DNA of 57,597 bases from Mesotaenium endlicherianum (taxonomy: Eukaryota). The position numbers and the translations under genes were made by a program. Below, piece after piece: positions 1 to 12,127 of this stretch. Location of the stretch: positions 1-57,597 of the forward strand of contig WELA01002665.1 in the NCBI GenBank assembly GCA_009602735.1, written 5' to 3'. The stretch's first letter is position 1. Each line of letters opens with the position of its first letter. Under the pieces are notes generated by a model, which saw nothing but the letters and a program-made list of their open reading frames with translations, did not search any database and was not told where the DNA came from.

Positions 1-943
1 ATTCTGTCCTCCTTCTGGTTCCAGCTTTTGACGAACTCCATTGCATTCAGCAACTTGCATCCTTCTGGAAGCCTCTTTCTTTCCTTCATTTGCCATCCAC
101 ACAGGACAAGAGGAAGAGCACTGGTGGGTGCCAAGTTAGTTTGCCCATCACTGGCTCCTCTCACTTTAACTGTACCTCTGCTCCAACACACTTCAGCTTG
201 ATGTCTATTAAGCCAGGACCTGCCTAGCACGAGATCATAAAAGCCAGTGTTGAGTACCTCAAATGTAAGCGTTTCAGTTAGAACTGCAATGCCAGAACCT
301 AACTGGACCTCAATAGGCTTGGTTATAACTCCTCCCGGGATACTTGAGGCATCTCCAAGGAATATTTTTCTATTCCCTTGGGTGACAGTAGGCAGCCTTA
401 GCCGCTTAACTAAGTCCTTGTGGATAAAAGTATGTGACGCCCCTCCGTCAACAAATGCCCTCACCTTCCTACCTGCAATCATGCAATGCAGTAGGATAGG
501 GGGGACTGTCTTTTCCTGACTTTCGCATTGTTCTCCTGACGTAGCAAAGAAATGTTGGACATCAGGTGGAACAAGAGCATCCAGAGTGTGCACTCTCTGG
601 ACGTCTATATTGCTGATGGTCTCCTTTATCTGGTTGTCAGGCATGCATAGTGAATCCAGTTCAGCAGGACCCATAATACCTGCTACGAGGGCAGCTAGTG
701 ACGACTCACTATCTCTAGCATCCTCACAGTCAGTAGACTGGATTACTGACTGTTGCTGTCTTTTAAAGGCTGGTCTTTTCTCTCGACCTTAGGCAGGTGC
801 TTGACTGGACACTGTTCTCTGTAGTGGCCTTTCTGCTGACAATGGTAGCAAGTAGATTTTGCTGAGGCTGGTCTCGGCTTAGTCCTACCACCACCCTTTC
901 CATAGCCACCTTGAGAGGAACCACCTCTACCTCTAGACTGTAT
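1..943 (-). mobile_element. Internal fragment (gag 3' end with CCHC knuckle, frameshift site, protease) of an inverted copy of the same gypsy family as 1644-10039; runs off the window edge
   Basis: Reverse complement aligns by eye to ~3186-4138. It encodes CYHCQQKGHYREQC and FVDGGA, with scattered substitutions relative to the + copy. Confidence 0.92.
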
Positions 944-952
944 AGAATTGAT

Positions 953-1643
953 AGCAAGTAATCTTTATGGTATTTTCCATTTACTGGTTAAACGGCAAAG
1001 GACAACACACTAGCAGTGAATAATACTCGTACGTCAAATGCGAGTAAACTAGCATCAATAATGCAAATTAGTAAACTCGTACATAAGCAAGGTTAGAAGA
1101 CAGTGCGTATCAATGGCTTCTCGCCTTGGATTCAGATCTCTCTCAGTAAGCTGTACAAGAGAGTTGGCCTCGTTTCCGAATGCCGAACTCGAGAGCAATG
1201 CCTAGCATATGTACATGGAATGAGTTTACTGTTCAACGGTCAGTGCGATGGCACCGCCTACCCGGGAGTTAACCACGTTGGTAGGACCTCGGTTAACCAA
1301 ATCCACCGCCATCTCCCATCATCCCGAATAGCCATCCATCATAGGGATGTCATCTGGCCATTCATCTAGCATATCGTGCTTAGGTGTATGTCAAGGCAGT
1401 TCGCTGCTACCGAGTACGGAAGTCAGCTGGCTGTCAAAGAATGGGTCAGCAAGCTGACTTATATGGACTTCAGCCTGTTGCTTCCGGCTGAGTCATTAAA
1501 CTGATAACTATGTAAAGTCCAGCAAACTGACTATTAACTAAAGTCCAGCAGACTGGCTATTAACTAAAGTTCAGCAGGCTGAACTTAATTAACTATTTAT
1601 ATTTAAATGAATATCATATCCACTAATATACTGATTCATTACA
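953..1643 (-). repeat. LTR of the inverted copy, 3'-truncated and fused through a 9-nt filler to the end of gag
   Basis: Reverse complement starts TGTAATGAATCAGTATATT, as at 9321, and follows that LTR up to ...AAAGATTACTTGCT. Confidence 0.9.
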
Positions 1644-1870
1644 GCGAGAAGCCATTGATATGCACTGTCTTCTAACCTTGCTTATGTATGAGTTTACTGA
1701 TTGCATTATTGATGCTAGTTTACTTGCATTTGATTTCCGAGTGTCGTTCACTGCTAGTGTGTTGTCCTTTTGCCGTTTAATCAGTTAACGGAAAATCCAT
1801 AAAGATTACTTGCTGATATAAAGATCTTTATTAATTGTTAATCGCCTATTCGGTAAGTCGATTCATTTCA
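1644..1870 (+). repeat. 3' part of the 5' LTR
   Basis: Nearly identical to 9813-10039; ends TTCATTTCA directly before the PBS. Confidence 0.93.
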
Positions 1871-1871
1871 G

Positions 1872-1883
1872 CGGTATCGGAGC
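1872..1883 (+). promoter_or_regulatory. Primer-binding site, tRNA-iMet type
   Basis: CGGTATCGGAGC 1 nt after the LTR end; canonical is TGGTATCAGAGC. Confidence 0.85.
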
Positions 1884-1904
1884 AGTTATCACAGTTTTCT
1901 TTGT

Positions 1905-3394
1905 ATGGTAAGGACAAGGTCTCAAACTAGCAACTCCCGAGACATGGAGAACCAGGATAACGAGAATGTTGAAAACGAGGCGGAAAGCCATGTAGCGGGA
2001 ACCCGTACCTATTCTGAAGCAGTGGCAGATATTGCAGCTAGAGAGGCTGCAGATAAGGCAGCTGCTATTGCCGCAGTCGCAGCACAGCAAGCTGAGAAGG
2101 AGAGAGCGAGATTAGAAGCTGAACAATTAGCAAAGGCCGTTGAAGATACAGAAAGGAGGGAAGGACAGCCAGCTGACGAGCGCACTGTTGAAGAACTTAT
2201 GGCATCAAGGGCCAACGTTCTGAACCCACCTCCTGCTGTACAACTCAATGTACCCCTAGGTCAAATACGTGACCGGCTGAATGCGGCAGGAAATGCTGCT
2301 GCAGGAGCGAGAGGGGCTGTTGAGGACACTACTCAGCGAGTAGATGCTAATGTTGCTGCTGCGTTTGCTAGACTACCACCCCAGAGTATAGGCTTGGGAG
2401 CATTGTTTGTTCAAATGCAGTCGCAAATGGCGACCATGTATCAGTCCCAACAGGAGGACACAAGAATCATAATGTCTCTACAGCGGGACAGAGACCAAAA
2501 ACTGGGGTCTCAAACCACTGGTGGTGGTGGCCGAGGGCCTAGTAAGCCCAAGCCGAAACCTCCCCAGGAATATGATCCTGAGGGAAACAGGAAATATTAC
2601 CTGATCAAGTTTCTCGCGGATGTTGAGCAGTGGCTAGAGAACTACCCAATACTGCAAGATCACGAGAAGGTCAGGCACACCGGTGCGCTACTGAAAGGCA
2701 GTGCCGCAGACTGGTGGCTTTACTGGAAAGGAGAGCGTAAGGCTCGGCAACTCGATGACCCTACGTGGGTAGAGTTTGTCAAGAAGTTGCATGAGAAGTT
2801 TGATGTCATCAACCAGCAGGAGAAAGCTATCTATGCGATGATCTCCCTGACACTGAAGCAGACCACTTCAGTTGCTGAGTTTGCTCAAAAGTTCCAGGAG
2901 AACATGATGAAGCAGCCAGACTTGCCAGAACGGTATAGGATAGCATACTTCAGGTATGGCTTGAAATCCTAAGTCTCTGCTCATTTCGCTGAGAAGAAGT
3001 ATGAGAAACTGGCTGACTTGATCCAGGATGCTGATGCCTGGGATCAGCAGCAATTCAATCACAAGCGCCAGAGTAATGCTTTGGTGTCTAAGATTGTCAA
3101 AAAGCCCCACGGTTCCTACAACGCCATTGAAGGAGACCAGGCTGAGGATGATCAGGGTGATGGATATGAGTATGAGTATAATGCCATACAGTCTAGAGGT
3201 AGAGGTGGTTNNNNNNNNNNNCTCGAGGCGGCTATGGAAGAGGTGGTGGTAGGACTAAGCCGAGACCAGCCTTAGCAAAATCGATTCGCTTCCATTGCCA
3301 GCAGCCAGGTCACTTCAGAGAGCAGTGTCCAGTCAAGCACCTCCCAAAGGTCGAGAGAAAAGACCAGCCTTTAAAAGACAGCAACAGTCAGTAA
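1905..3394 (+). pseudogene. gag: Gag (coiled-coil N-terminus, capsid, RGG, degenerate CCHC)
   Basis: LLKGSAADWW...WVEF...SVAEFAQKF...YFRYGLK capsid motifs. Premature TAA at 2970-2972 with the frame continuing; N gap at 3211-3221; RFHCQQPGHFREQC; stop at 3392-3394. Confidence 0.9.
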
Positions 3395-3411
3395 TCCAGT
3401 CTACTGACTGT
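3370..3411 (+). promoter_or_regulatory. -1 programmed ribosomal frameshift signal
   Basis: T TTA AAA in the gag frame, 7-nt spacer, perfect 10-bp stem ACAGTCAGTA/TACTGACTGT; the -1 frame is pol. Confidence 0.8.
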
Positions 3412-6400
3412 GAGGATGCTAGAGATAGTGAGTCGTCACTAGCTGCCCTCGTAGCAGGTATTATGGGTCCTGCTGAACTGGATTCACTATGCATGCCTGA
3501 CAACCAGATAAAGGAGACCATCAGCAATATAGACATCCAGAGAGTGCACACTCTGGATGCTCTTGTTCCACCTGATGTCCAACATTTCTTTGCTACGTCA
3601 GGAGAACAATGCGAAAGTCAGGAAAAGACAGTCCCCCCTATCGTACTGCATTGCATGATTGCAGGTAGGAAAGTGAGGGCATTTGTTGATGGAGGGGCGT
3701 CACATACCTTTATCTATAAGGACTTACTTAAGCGGCTAAGGCTGCCTACTATCACCCAAGGAAATAGAAAAATAATTCCTTGGATATGCCTCAAGTATCC
3801 CGGGAGGAGTTATAACCAAATCTATTGAGGTCCAGTTAGGTTCTGGCATTGCAGTTCTAACTGAAACGCTTACATTTGAGGTACTCAACACTGGCTTTTA
3901 TGATCTCGTGCTAGGCAGGTCCTGGCTTAACAGACATCAAGCTGAAGTGTGTTGGAGCAGAGGTACAGTTAAAGTGAGAGGAGCCAGTGATGGGCAGACT
4001 GACTTGGCACCCACCAGTGCTCTTCCTCTTGTCCTGTGTGGATGGCAAATGAAGGAAAAGAAGAGGCTTCCAGAAGGATGCAAGTTGCTGAATGCAATGG
4101 AGTTCGTCAAAAGCTGGAACCAGAAGGAAGACAGAATGTTCTGTCTGCTGCTAAGAGAGGTACCTCCTCAACCTGAAGAAGTGGTTGAGAAAAAGGTAAG
4201 CCCTCCGGAGCACCCTACTGCTGCAAAAATTGTTGCTCAGTACACGGATGTATTTAATATGCCTCCAGGACTACCCCCTAAGAGGGAAGTAGATCATAGG
4301 ATTGATCTATTACCTGGGAGTCAGCCACCTTGGCAACGCACGTATGGCTTGTCTTATGTGGAGAGCGAGGAGTTGAAAACACAGATTGCAGAGCTTGAGG
4401 AAAATGGTTATATTTCTCCCAGTAAATCACCTTATGGCGCACCCATCCTATTTGTTAAGAAAAAGGATGGCAGTATGCGGATGTGTGTGGATTACAAAGC
4501 CCTGAACAGAATTACGGTAAAGAGCAAGTATGCTTTACCCAGAATCGAGGACTTGCTTCATACCCTGTCTGGTGCTAAGGTGTTCAGTAAGATGGATCTG
4601 AAGAGTGGTTATCATCAAATCAGAATTGCTGAGGGGGATGAACACAAGACTGCCTTCCGCACACGTTATGGACACTATGAGTTCAACGTGATGCCATTTG
4701 GACTGACTAATGCTCCTGCCACCTTCATGGGTGCTATGAATGACATTTTCAGACTTTATTTGGATAAGTTTGTGCAAGTTTTCCTGGATGATATTTTAAT
4801 TTTCTCTAAAGATGAAGCTCAGCACACTGAACACTTAAAGTTTGTCCTGGACAATCTAAGGAAAAATCACTTATATGCTAAAATGAGCAAGTGTGATTTC
4901 TTTAAGGAAAGTATTGAATTCTTAGGCCACGTTGTCAGTAANNNNNNNNNNNNNNNNNNNNNNNNNNNNNNNNNNNNNNNNNNNNNNNNNNNNNNNNNCG
5001 GGACTGGCCAGTACCACAGTNNNNNNNNNNNNNNNNNNNNNNNNNNNNNNNNNNNNNNNNNNNNNNNNNNNNNNNNNNNNNNNNNNNNNNNNNNNNNNNN
5101 NNNNNNNNNNNNNNNNNNNNNNNNNNNNNNNNNNNNNNNTGACTGACCTTACTAAGAAAGACATAGGGTATGTGTGGGGGAAAGAGCAGCAGGCTGCCTT
5201 CCAGACCCTTAAAGATGCCCTTTGTTCTGCCCCAGTTCTAACCGTGTATGACCCCAGCAAACCCGTGCAGGTGGTCACTGATGCCTCTGACTTTGCCATG
5301 GGTGCTACATTGTTGCAGCCTGCTGACAAGACCACAAAGGATGGTAAGGTACGGCAGGAATGGCACCCTGTGTTGTACGAGTCTATGAAATTTAATCTAG
5401 CAGAGATTAATTACTCAGTGCATGATAAAGAGCTGCTAGCTATCATTCATGTGCTCAAACAATGGAGAGCATACTTACATGGTAAAGCCTTTAAGGTGAT
5501 TACAGATCATCTAGCTCTGACCCACTTTCAGAAGAAGTCCAAGCTGTCGAGGAGGGAGAACCGCTGGAGCCAGATGCTGGAGCAGTTCCAAGTCCANATG
5601 CTGGAGCAGTTCCTAGTCCAGATTGACTACAAACCAGGGAAGTTGAATCCTGCTGATGCACTCTCTAGAAGACCTGACTTGCAAAAAAGGGACTGTAGTC
5701 AACATGCTGTAGATAAAGTCCTTTGTGCACTCACTTCACTAAAGGTGAAAAAGTCCTTCCTTGAACAACTTAGGAAAGCCTACCTTTCTGACCCAACATT
5801 TGAGCCCAGCCCCACTACTGGTGTGTGTCGTGCTACTGCACTCGGATATACGCTTAAGGCAGGGGTCTGGGTGACTGAAACCACTTCAGGCAGGCTGAAG
5901 CTGGTCATTCCTAATAACTTGGAAATAAGGTCTCTCTTACTGAGTCAAGCACATGACAGTATCCTGGGTGGACATTTGGGGCAGGCAAAAATTGTTGGCA
6001 AACTGGCAAACCATTATCATTGGGAGGGGTTGCCCCGGGAGGTCTTGAAATATGTAAAGTCCTGTGACCAGTGTCAGAGAAATAAGTGTTGACACACACC
6101 ACCCGGAGGTCTCTTGCAACCACTGCCCATCCCAGCTCGACGCTGGGAAACTATATCCATGGACTGGGTGGTCTCACTACCAAGAACTGCCAATGGGCAT
6201 GATTCAATACTGGTAGTCGTGGATAAACTGACAAAAATGGTCATTTTTATTCCCACAACTGTCAAAGTGACTGCACTCGAAACAGCAAGACAGTTCTACA
6301 ACCACGTAGTATGCCAACATGGGCTCCCTTCTAATATCATCTCAGACAGAGCCTCAAAATTCACCTCTAAGTTCTGGAGAGCTTTAATGGGGTTAATGGA

Positions 6401-7254
6401 AGTCAAACAGCTGCTCAGCACAGCAAACCACCCTCAGACTGATGGGCAGACTGAAAGAACTAACCGAGTTTCGCAGGAGGTGCTGAGAGCATATATTAAC
6501 CAAAAACAAGATAATTGGGATGACCTGTTGCCTCAAATTCAGTTTGCGGTCAACAGTGCGGTGCACGCGTCAACGGGCAAGACTCCTTTTGAACTCAGCC
6601 TGGGTAGAGTCCCTAAGTCTCCTTTAGATGTACTGGGGGAGTCTTTAACTGACCCTGAAGGCCTTGACAACCCAGTCTCCCTCCAGTTAACTCAGGAATT
6701 TGCTGACACCCTGTCAGAAGTCCAACAAAACTTGCACAAAGCCCAAGAAAACCAACAAAAATACGCTAATCGACAACGTCGGGAGCTGACATTTTCTAAG
6801 GGCGATTTAGTCAAACTGCATTCTCAGAACCTGTACCTCCCTGGTGTGGTCAAGAAAAAGCTTGGCCCTGTTTGGGTCGGTTCATATTCGGTAGTGCGTC
6901 GTGTCAGTCAGAATGCTTACAAATTGAAAATGTCAGCTAACTACAAGGGTCACCCGGTCTTTAATGTCTCCTTCCTGGAACCATACATCAAAGGTGATAC
7001 ACTGTTCACAGGTCGGTTACTTGTCCAACCGGCACCGGTCCCTGCTGTCCGGGACGGCGACCCTGAGGAATATGAGGTCGATGAGAATTAGACGCTCGCT
7101 CGGTCCGTCGTCGTCTAAATATGTCATGAAGTACCTCATCCGATGGAAGGGTTACGATGCCTCTGGGGACACGTGGGAGTTTAAAGACCAGCTGACCAAT
7201 GCCAAAGGGGCGTTGAAACGGTTCCACCTTCGGGCGGCTGGGGCACCGCCCTAA
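3370..7254 (+). pseudogene. pol: Pol: protease, RT, RNase H, integrase, chromodomain
   Basis: [80 protein letters not shown]. Several frameshifts, stops and N gaps. Confidence 0.95.
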
Positions 7255-7578
7255 CTGTCCATTCAGTAGACATGGGAAGGTGACAGGAGGTCCTGTCTCC
7301 ATATAAGTAGAGGGGGATGTGACAGTTAGTGACAGTTGTGACAGGCAGCCCACCTTTAAAATTAAGTTGGAGGGAGTGGTATTCTCTGATCACCATAGAA
7401 CTCACTCAACCTGCGCTCACACTCACTTGCTCTCTAACTCCAATTTTCCCTTATATTCACTCACACCAGGTATTCCACACTAGGAACTCTCCCGATCGCG
7501 TTCCTCTTCATCAAGGGCACTCAGTAGCGGCAAAATATCATAACTTCACTAACTGCATTGTGTTTATGATTGAGCAGG

Positions 7579-9278
7579 ATGACTCAAAAGTCAGAGCTCA
7601 AGAGGAAGAGAAGGGCGGAAGAGGCACATGCAAAATACTTGCAATTCTGTGGAGACATCGAATCATCCTCCATCTCCGCTCGGAAATCACAACGACTCCA
7701 ACAACAGCGGGAGGCACAGAAGAAGAAGGAGGAGGAGGAACAGGCTAGACTGAGGCAGGAAGAAATGGACTGAAAAGCTGCAGAGGAGGCCAAGAAAGCA
7801 GAGGAGGAGAGGCAAGCCGAGGAGAAGCGGAAGCAGCAGGCTGAAGAAGAGGAACAGAGGAGAATCAGCAGCTACCGCTACACAGTGCTGGGCAAGGGCT
7901 TTGATCTACTGGAGGAGGCCTTCAAGTATGCCCAGAGAAGTCGCAGTGAGTCGCAGATTGAAATCCTCCAGAGGGAAGGGGAGACATCCAAAAACTTTGA
8001 CAAGTATATAGAGGTCAGCACGGGGCTCCTCCTCTACCACGATTACGCCAGGATGGTAGGATTATGGTCAGAGAGGCCAAGGCAATGGCCCAGGTGAACG
8101 AAGCAGGGGCTGTCTCGATTCCTGGTATCTGGGGGGAAGATAGGGTCATCAGGATGATCCCCATGGACGCGGACAGCTTCAAGGACTCAACACCCCATAA
8201 CAGGTTCAAGGCCATGTATAATGAGGTGGAGAGAAGGAGCTGGGAATTCTTGGCTAGGAAAACCAGTCAGCTGGACTTTGCAGGGCACTGGTACCCTTGT
8301 ACTCTTAAAAGGACAGACCCTGCCTTCTTCCAAAAGCCCACCGATTGGCGGTGGATGACCATCAACATGAGGGACCAGCAGAATGACAGGGCGACGGATG
8401 AGGATTTCCTGACAGACCTAAAGGGGAACATAGTATTGCCCCCTCACATTGCGGCTTGGGACCCAAGATTGGATGGAGTCAGAGACTGCATGAGCCAAGA
8501 GATGCAGGGGGACAGAAGCAGGGCCCGAGAGTCATTCTCAAAAGGGAAGCACGCTTATGCCAAATGGGCAAGTAAGCAGGGGGAAAAGGACCTCTATGCG
8601 GTCCGAACTCAGCAGCCCCCACCAGCACCCAAAAGGGGAAGGTTAGTAGGATATTCCTTTTCTTGGGAAGAGCTGGAGCAGCTGACAGAGGAGACCCCAG
8701 AAGTCTCTGAGGAACCCGGGGACGGAGAGGAGGAGGAGTCAGAGGAAGACGAGGAGGAAGGCAAGGAGGAGGACACTAGCCCCGCCGTGATCCTGACACG
8801 TGCCACATCCCCTGTAAGGGAGAAGACGGGGTTGGCCCTGCAGCAACTCGCTGAAGAGGAGGATATCACTTGGCTGGGAAATGCCAGAGGACAGAGCCCA
8901 GCTGCAGGCACGGAGACCCAGTCAGACAGGGCAGACAGGAGGGCTGCTCGGGAGATAGCCAGAGGCCTGCCAGCATCTCCCTCGCAGAGAGGGCATGTAC
9001 CCTTGGCTCATGTCATGCAACATCCTTTTGGGATGCCGGTATATGTACCTGTTAGTTTGCGGGCTGCCCAGGAGAAGGCTGCCTCCCTTCAATTTCAAAC
9101 TGTGCAGGAGGAAACAGCCCAGTTACTCGCTCTCCGCGGGGCCCCTACGCGGATCCCCCAGGCTTTAGGAGACCCCAAGACAGGAGGAGGTCGGACTCCC
9201 CTGAGTATAGGGCCTCAGGGACATCTCCCTCCTAATGGCAGTAGGCTGGGGACGGAAGGGACAGCACGCTGTTATTAG
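7579..9278 (+). pseudogene. Third ORF of the retrotransposon; unknown soluble protein (basic NLS-like start, charged coiled coil, Trp-rich core, acidic tract)
   Basis: ORFs 7570-7773 and 7885-8097 share a frame across one TGA; one frameshift near 8060 leads into the 404-aa ORF. It lies between pol and the PPT/3' LTR. Confidence 0.75.
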
Positions 9279-9305
9279 TGTTAATGTTGTCGAGGCCACA
9301 ACATG

Positions 9306-9319
9306 TTAAGTTGGAGGGA
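9306..9319 (+). promoter_or_regulatory. Polypurine tract region
   Basis: TTAAGTTGGAGGGA immediately before the TG of the 3' LTR. Confidence 0.75.
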
Positions 9320-9320
9320 T

Positions 9321-10039
9321 TGTAATGAATCAGTATATTGGTTGACATAATATACATTCAAATATAACAATTAAATATGTTCAGCCTGCTGAACTCTAGT
9401 TAATAATCAGTCTGCTGGACTTTATATTTAATATCAGTTTAATGACTCAGCCGAAAGCAACAGGCTGAAGTCAGCTTAAGTCAGCTTGCTGACACATTCT
9501 TTGACAGCCAGCTGACTTTCGTACTCGGTAGCAGCGAACTGCCTCAATATGCATCTAAGTGTGGTATGCTAGATGAATGGCCAGATGACATCCCTATGAT
9601 GGATGGCGATTCGGGATGATGGGAGATGGCGGTGGATTTGGTTAACCGAGGTTCTACCAACGTGGTTAACTCCCGGGTAGGCGGTGCCATCGCACTGGCG
9701 GTTGAACAATAGACTCATTCCATGTACATATGCTAGGCATTGCTCTCGAGTCGGTATTCGGAAACAAGGCCAACTCTCTTGTACAGCTTACTGAGAGAGA
9801 TTTGAATCCAAGGCGAGAAGCCATTGATACGCACTGTCTTCTAACCTTGCTTATGTATGAGTTTACTGATTGCATTATTGATGCTAGTTTACTTGCATTT
9901 GATTTACAAGTGTTGTTCACTGCTAGTGTGTTGTCCTTTTGCCGTTTAGCCAGTTAACGGAAAATCCATAAAGATTACTTGCTGATATAAAGATCTTTAT
10001 TAATTGTTAATTGCCTATTTGGTAAGTCGATTCATTTCA
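9321..10039 (+). repeat. 3' LTR (719 bp)
   Basis: TGTAATGAATC...GATTCATTTCA terminal inverted repeat; matches 1644-1870 and, inverted, 953-1643. Confidence 0.95.
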
Positions 10040-11293
10040 GACACGTACCACAGGCATATTTCATGTTAATCTGTGAGGTCTCCACAGATAGATAGCACAC
10101 ATATCATACAAACGAAGGATGTCAGAACCTGCGTGCGGAGCGAGTTGAGATTGAAGAAAAGGCGAGGCGAGGCGAGGCGAGGCAAGGTGCTTGATTTCCC
10201 CGGTAGCTTGGGGGGCTTGGGGTGGCTGGGTGGCTGAACCATGTCACGTGTCAGAGCCAGTGCTGACTCCCGACAACTCCAGGCGCATTCAGCATAAGGT
10301 TCAGGGTGGGAGCTCCTTGGGTTCAGGGCTGAAGTATGCTCTCTGGCTCAAGGGTTGACTTGGCCAGGTGGTCTGACAGGAGGCTCGTGCGCGGGGACCC
10401 CAACAATGGCACTGACGCTAAGTTGTTGGCATTCTCTGAGGTGCTCACGTGCCTGGGTCGTAGCAGCAAGGCACAGTTGTGTTCTCACTCACCGTCCATC
10501 TCGCTCCCACGTGCGCGTGCAGGCCTGCCGCCCGTGCGTCTAAAGTCACCTGTCGTAGAGCTCGGTCATCTACATGCTACACGTGCGGCTTGTGTCAAGA
10601 GCGTCTCAAGAATGCTACCACGTGAGCTGTTGAGCGGCACATGACTCAGCGTCAGGGCGCGGGTCTACCTGGCCAGCTGCAGGAGGGTGGGAGGCGCTGG
10701 TGGTGGAGGGGGTGGAGGAGGAGGAGGAGGAGAGTCTGGAGGCGTGGGCGCGCTGCCCCTAGCTGCCGGCTGAGCGCAGGCGTGCCGCCTACCGGCGCAA
10801 CTTCATGCGGTGCGTGTTTCCTCCCGCCCCTACGCGCGCATGCCTGCATGCGTTCGTGCCGGGCAGCGCAGTGGCAAGTCCTTGGAAGCGTGCAGACAAC
10901 TGCACCCATGGGCTTTCATTCCATTGAGAATTTAAGTGGAGGAGGGGCGTGCAAGGGCGGAGGGGGGGGGGTTCAGCATTTGGGGGTTGGGGGTTAGGGG
11001 GCAGGAAGGGCACCAGAAGATACTATGAGGCTTTGCTGGCAGCTTGTGATGCAATGATGCTCCCACCTGGGCGAGCAACGTGCACTCTCTTGCCCTTGCT
11101 GGCCCCAGCCTGGACTGCAGCAGCTGCCAGCCAGCTGCAGGATCTGAGCATTCTGGTAGAGCTCAATTTGCAGCGGCGAGACACCTTCTCACACGCTCGA
11201 GCGCTGAAAGTGAAACAAGCTAGTGAAACTGGTCAGCGTTCATCACATGCTGCGCGTGTCTTGTCACCACTTCCACTCACTCCCTCCCTCCAC

Positions 11294-11395
11294 GTGTGTG
11301 TGTGTGCATCTCTCCTTGTGTGTGCGCGCGTCCATGCGTGTGCATGTGTGTGTGTGTGCGTGTGTGTGTGTCGGTGGGTGGGTGTGCGCGCGTGT
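11294..11395. repeat. Degenerate (GT/GC)n microsatellite
   Basis: Visible gtgtgt/gtgcgc runs. Confidence 0.85.
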
Positions 11396-12127
11396 CTCTT
11401 CCTTGGCATTGGAATGTGTTCTGCAATGCAACAGGCAATGAAGTAGTGACGCATTTCCAGGAAGCCCCCTCGCCCTTTGGGGTTACCAGGTGGCCGGCTC
11501 CCAGCGACAAGCAGGACATGTGGCGGCTGACATTTGCATAGGTGCGCGAGTGCACCAGTGACCAAGTTCCAACGACTTTGTCGTCGACAACATCGTTGGC
11601 AAAGACAGCATCCACCGGGTCTATAGTAAGCCGTAAGAATGGCCCACCCCTTTGCTCGCTCTCGCTTGCCACGCTTGTGTGTGACAGTGTGTGCGTGGCG
11701 GTCATGCTCAATATTGTTGCCTCATTCACTGGGAGGAGGGGAGACGGGAGGACGGGAGGAGGGGGAGATTATGCCACTCCTGCATGGCGTGGAGGTAATG
11801 TTATAACGCCATGGCATTGGAGTTGATGGACTCGTACACATGCAGAGCTGGCCCCGTTCTAACCTGCAGCAGCTGCTGTTGCTGTTGCTGTTGCTGCAGC
11901 TGCGCCTGCTTTTTTGGGCCGACCGCATGGGTGCATGCCTGCCTCATACATCATCGTGGCTCTCGTCTCCCTCTCACCCTTCTCGTCTCTCTCCCCTCTC
12001 GCGTCTTTTGTTTCTCCTCTGCCTCGTCTCTCCCACGTTCCCGCCTCTCTCGTCTCCCTTGTCTCCCGCGTCCCTTGCCTACGCCGCTCTCGTCGTGCCC
12101 GTCGTCTCCTGCAGCGTCGTGCTGCAG

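Larger units (their letters stand above)
1644..10039 (+). mobile_element. Ty3/gypsy chromovirus LTR retrotransposon with an extra 3' ORF (5' LTR interrupted)
   Basis: Partial 5' LTR, PBS, gag, PR-RT-RH-IN-chromodomain order, PPT and complete 3' LTR (TG...CA). Confidence 0.95.

Noticed and set aside
5573..5622. Apparent tandem duplication and frame changes at single N bases (also 36078, 43907, 45575)
   Set aside because: Flanks are duplicated around a lone N, typical of gap-closing artefacts.
7579..9278. env gene
   Set aside because: Position fits, but there is no signal peptide or transmembrane segment and the protein is highly charged.
10336..12120. Numerous overlapping ORFs in GC-rich, microsatellite-rich DNA
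   Set aside because: Low-complexity translations with no recognisable motif; an exon-like stretch near 11460-11645 (-) could not be assigned.
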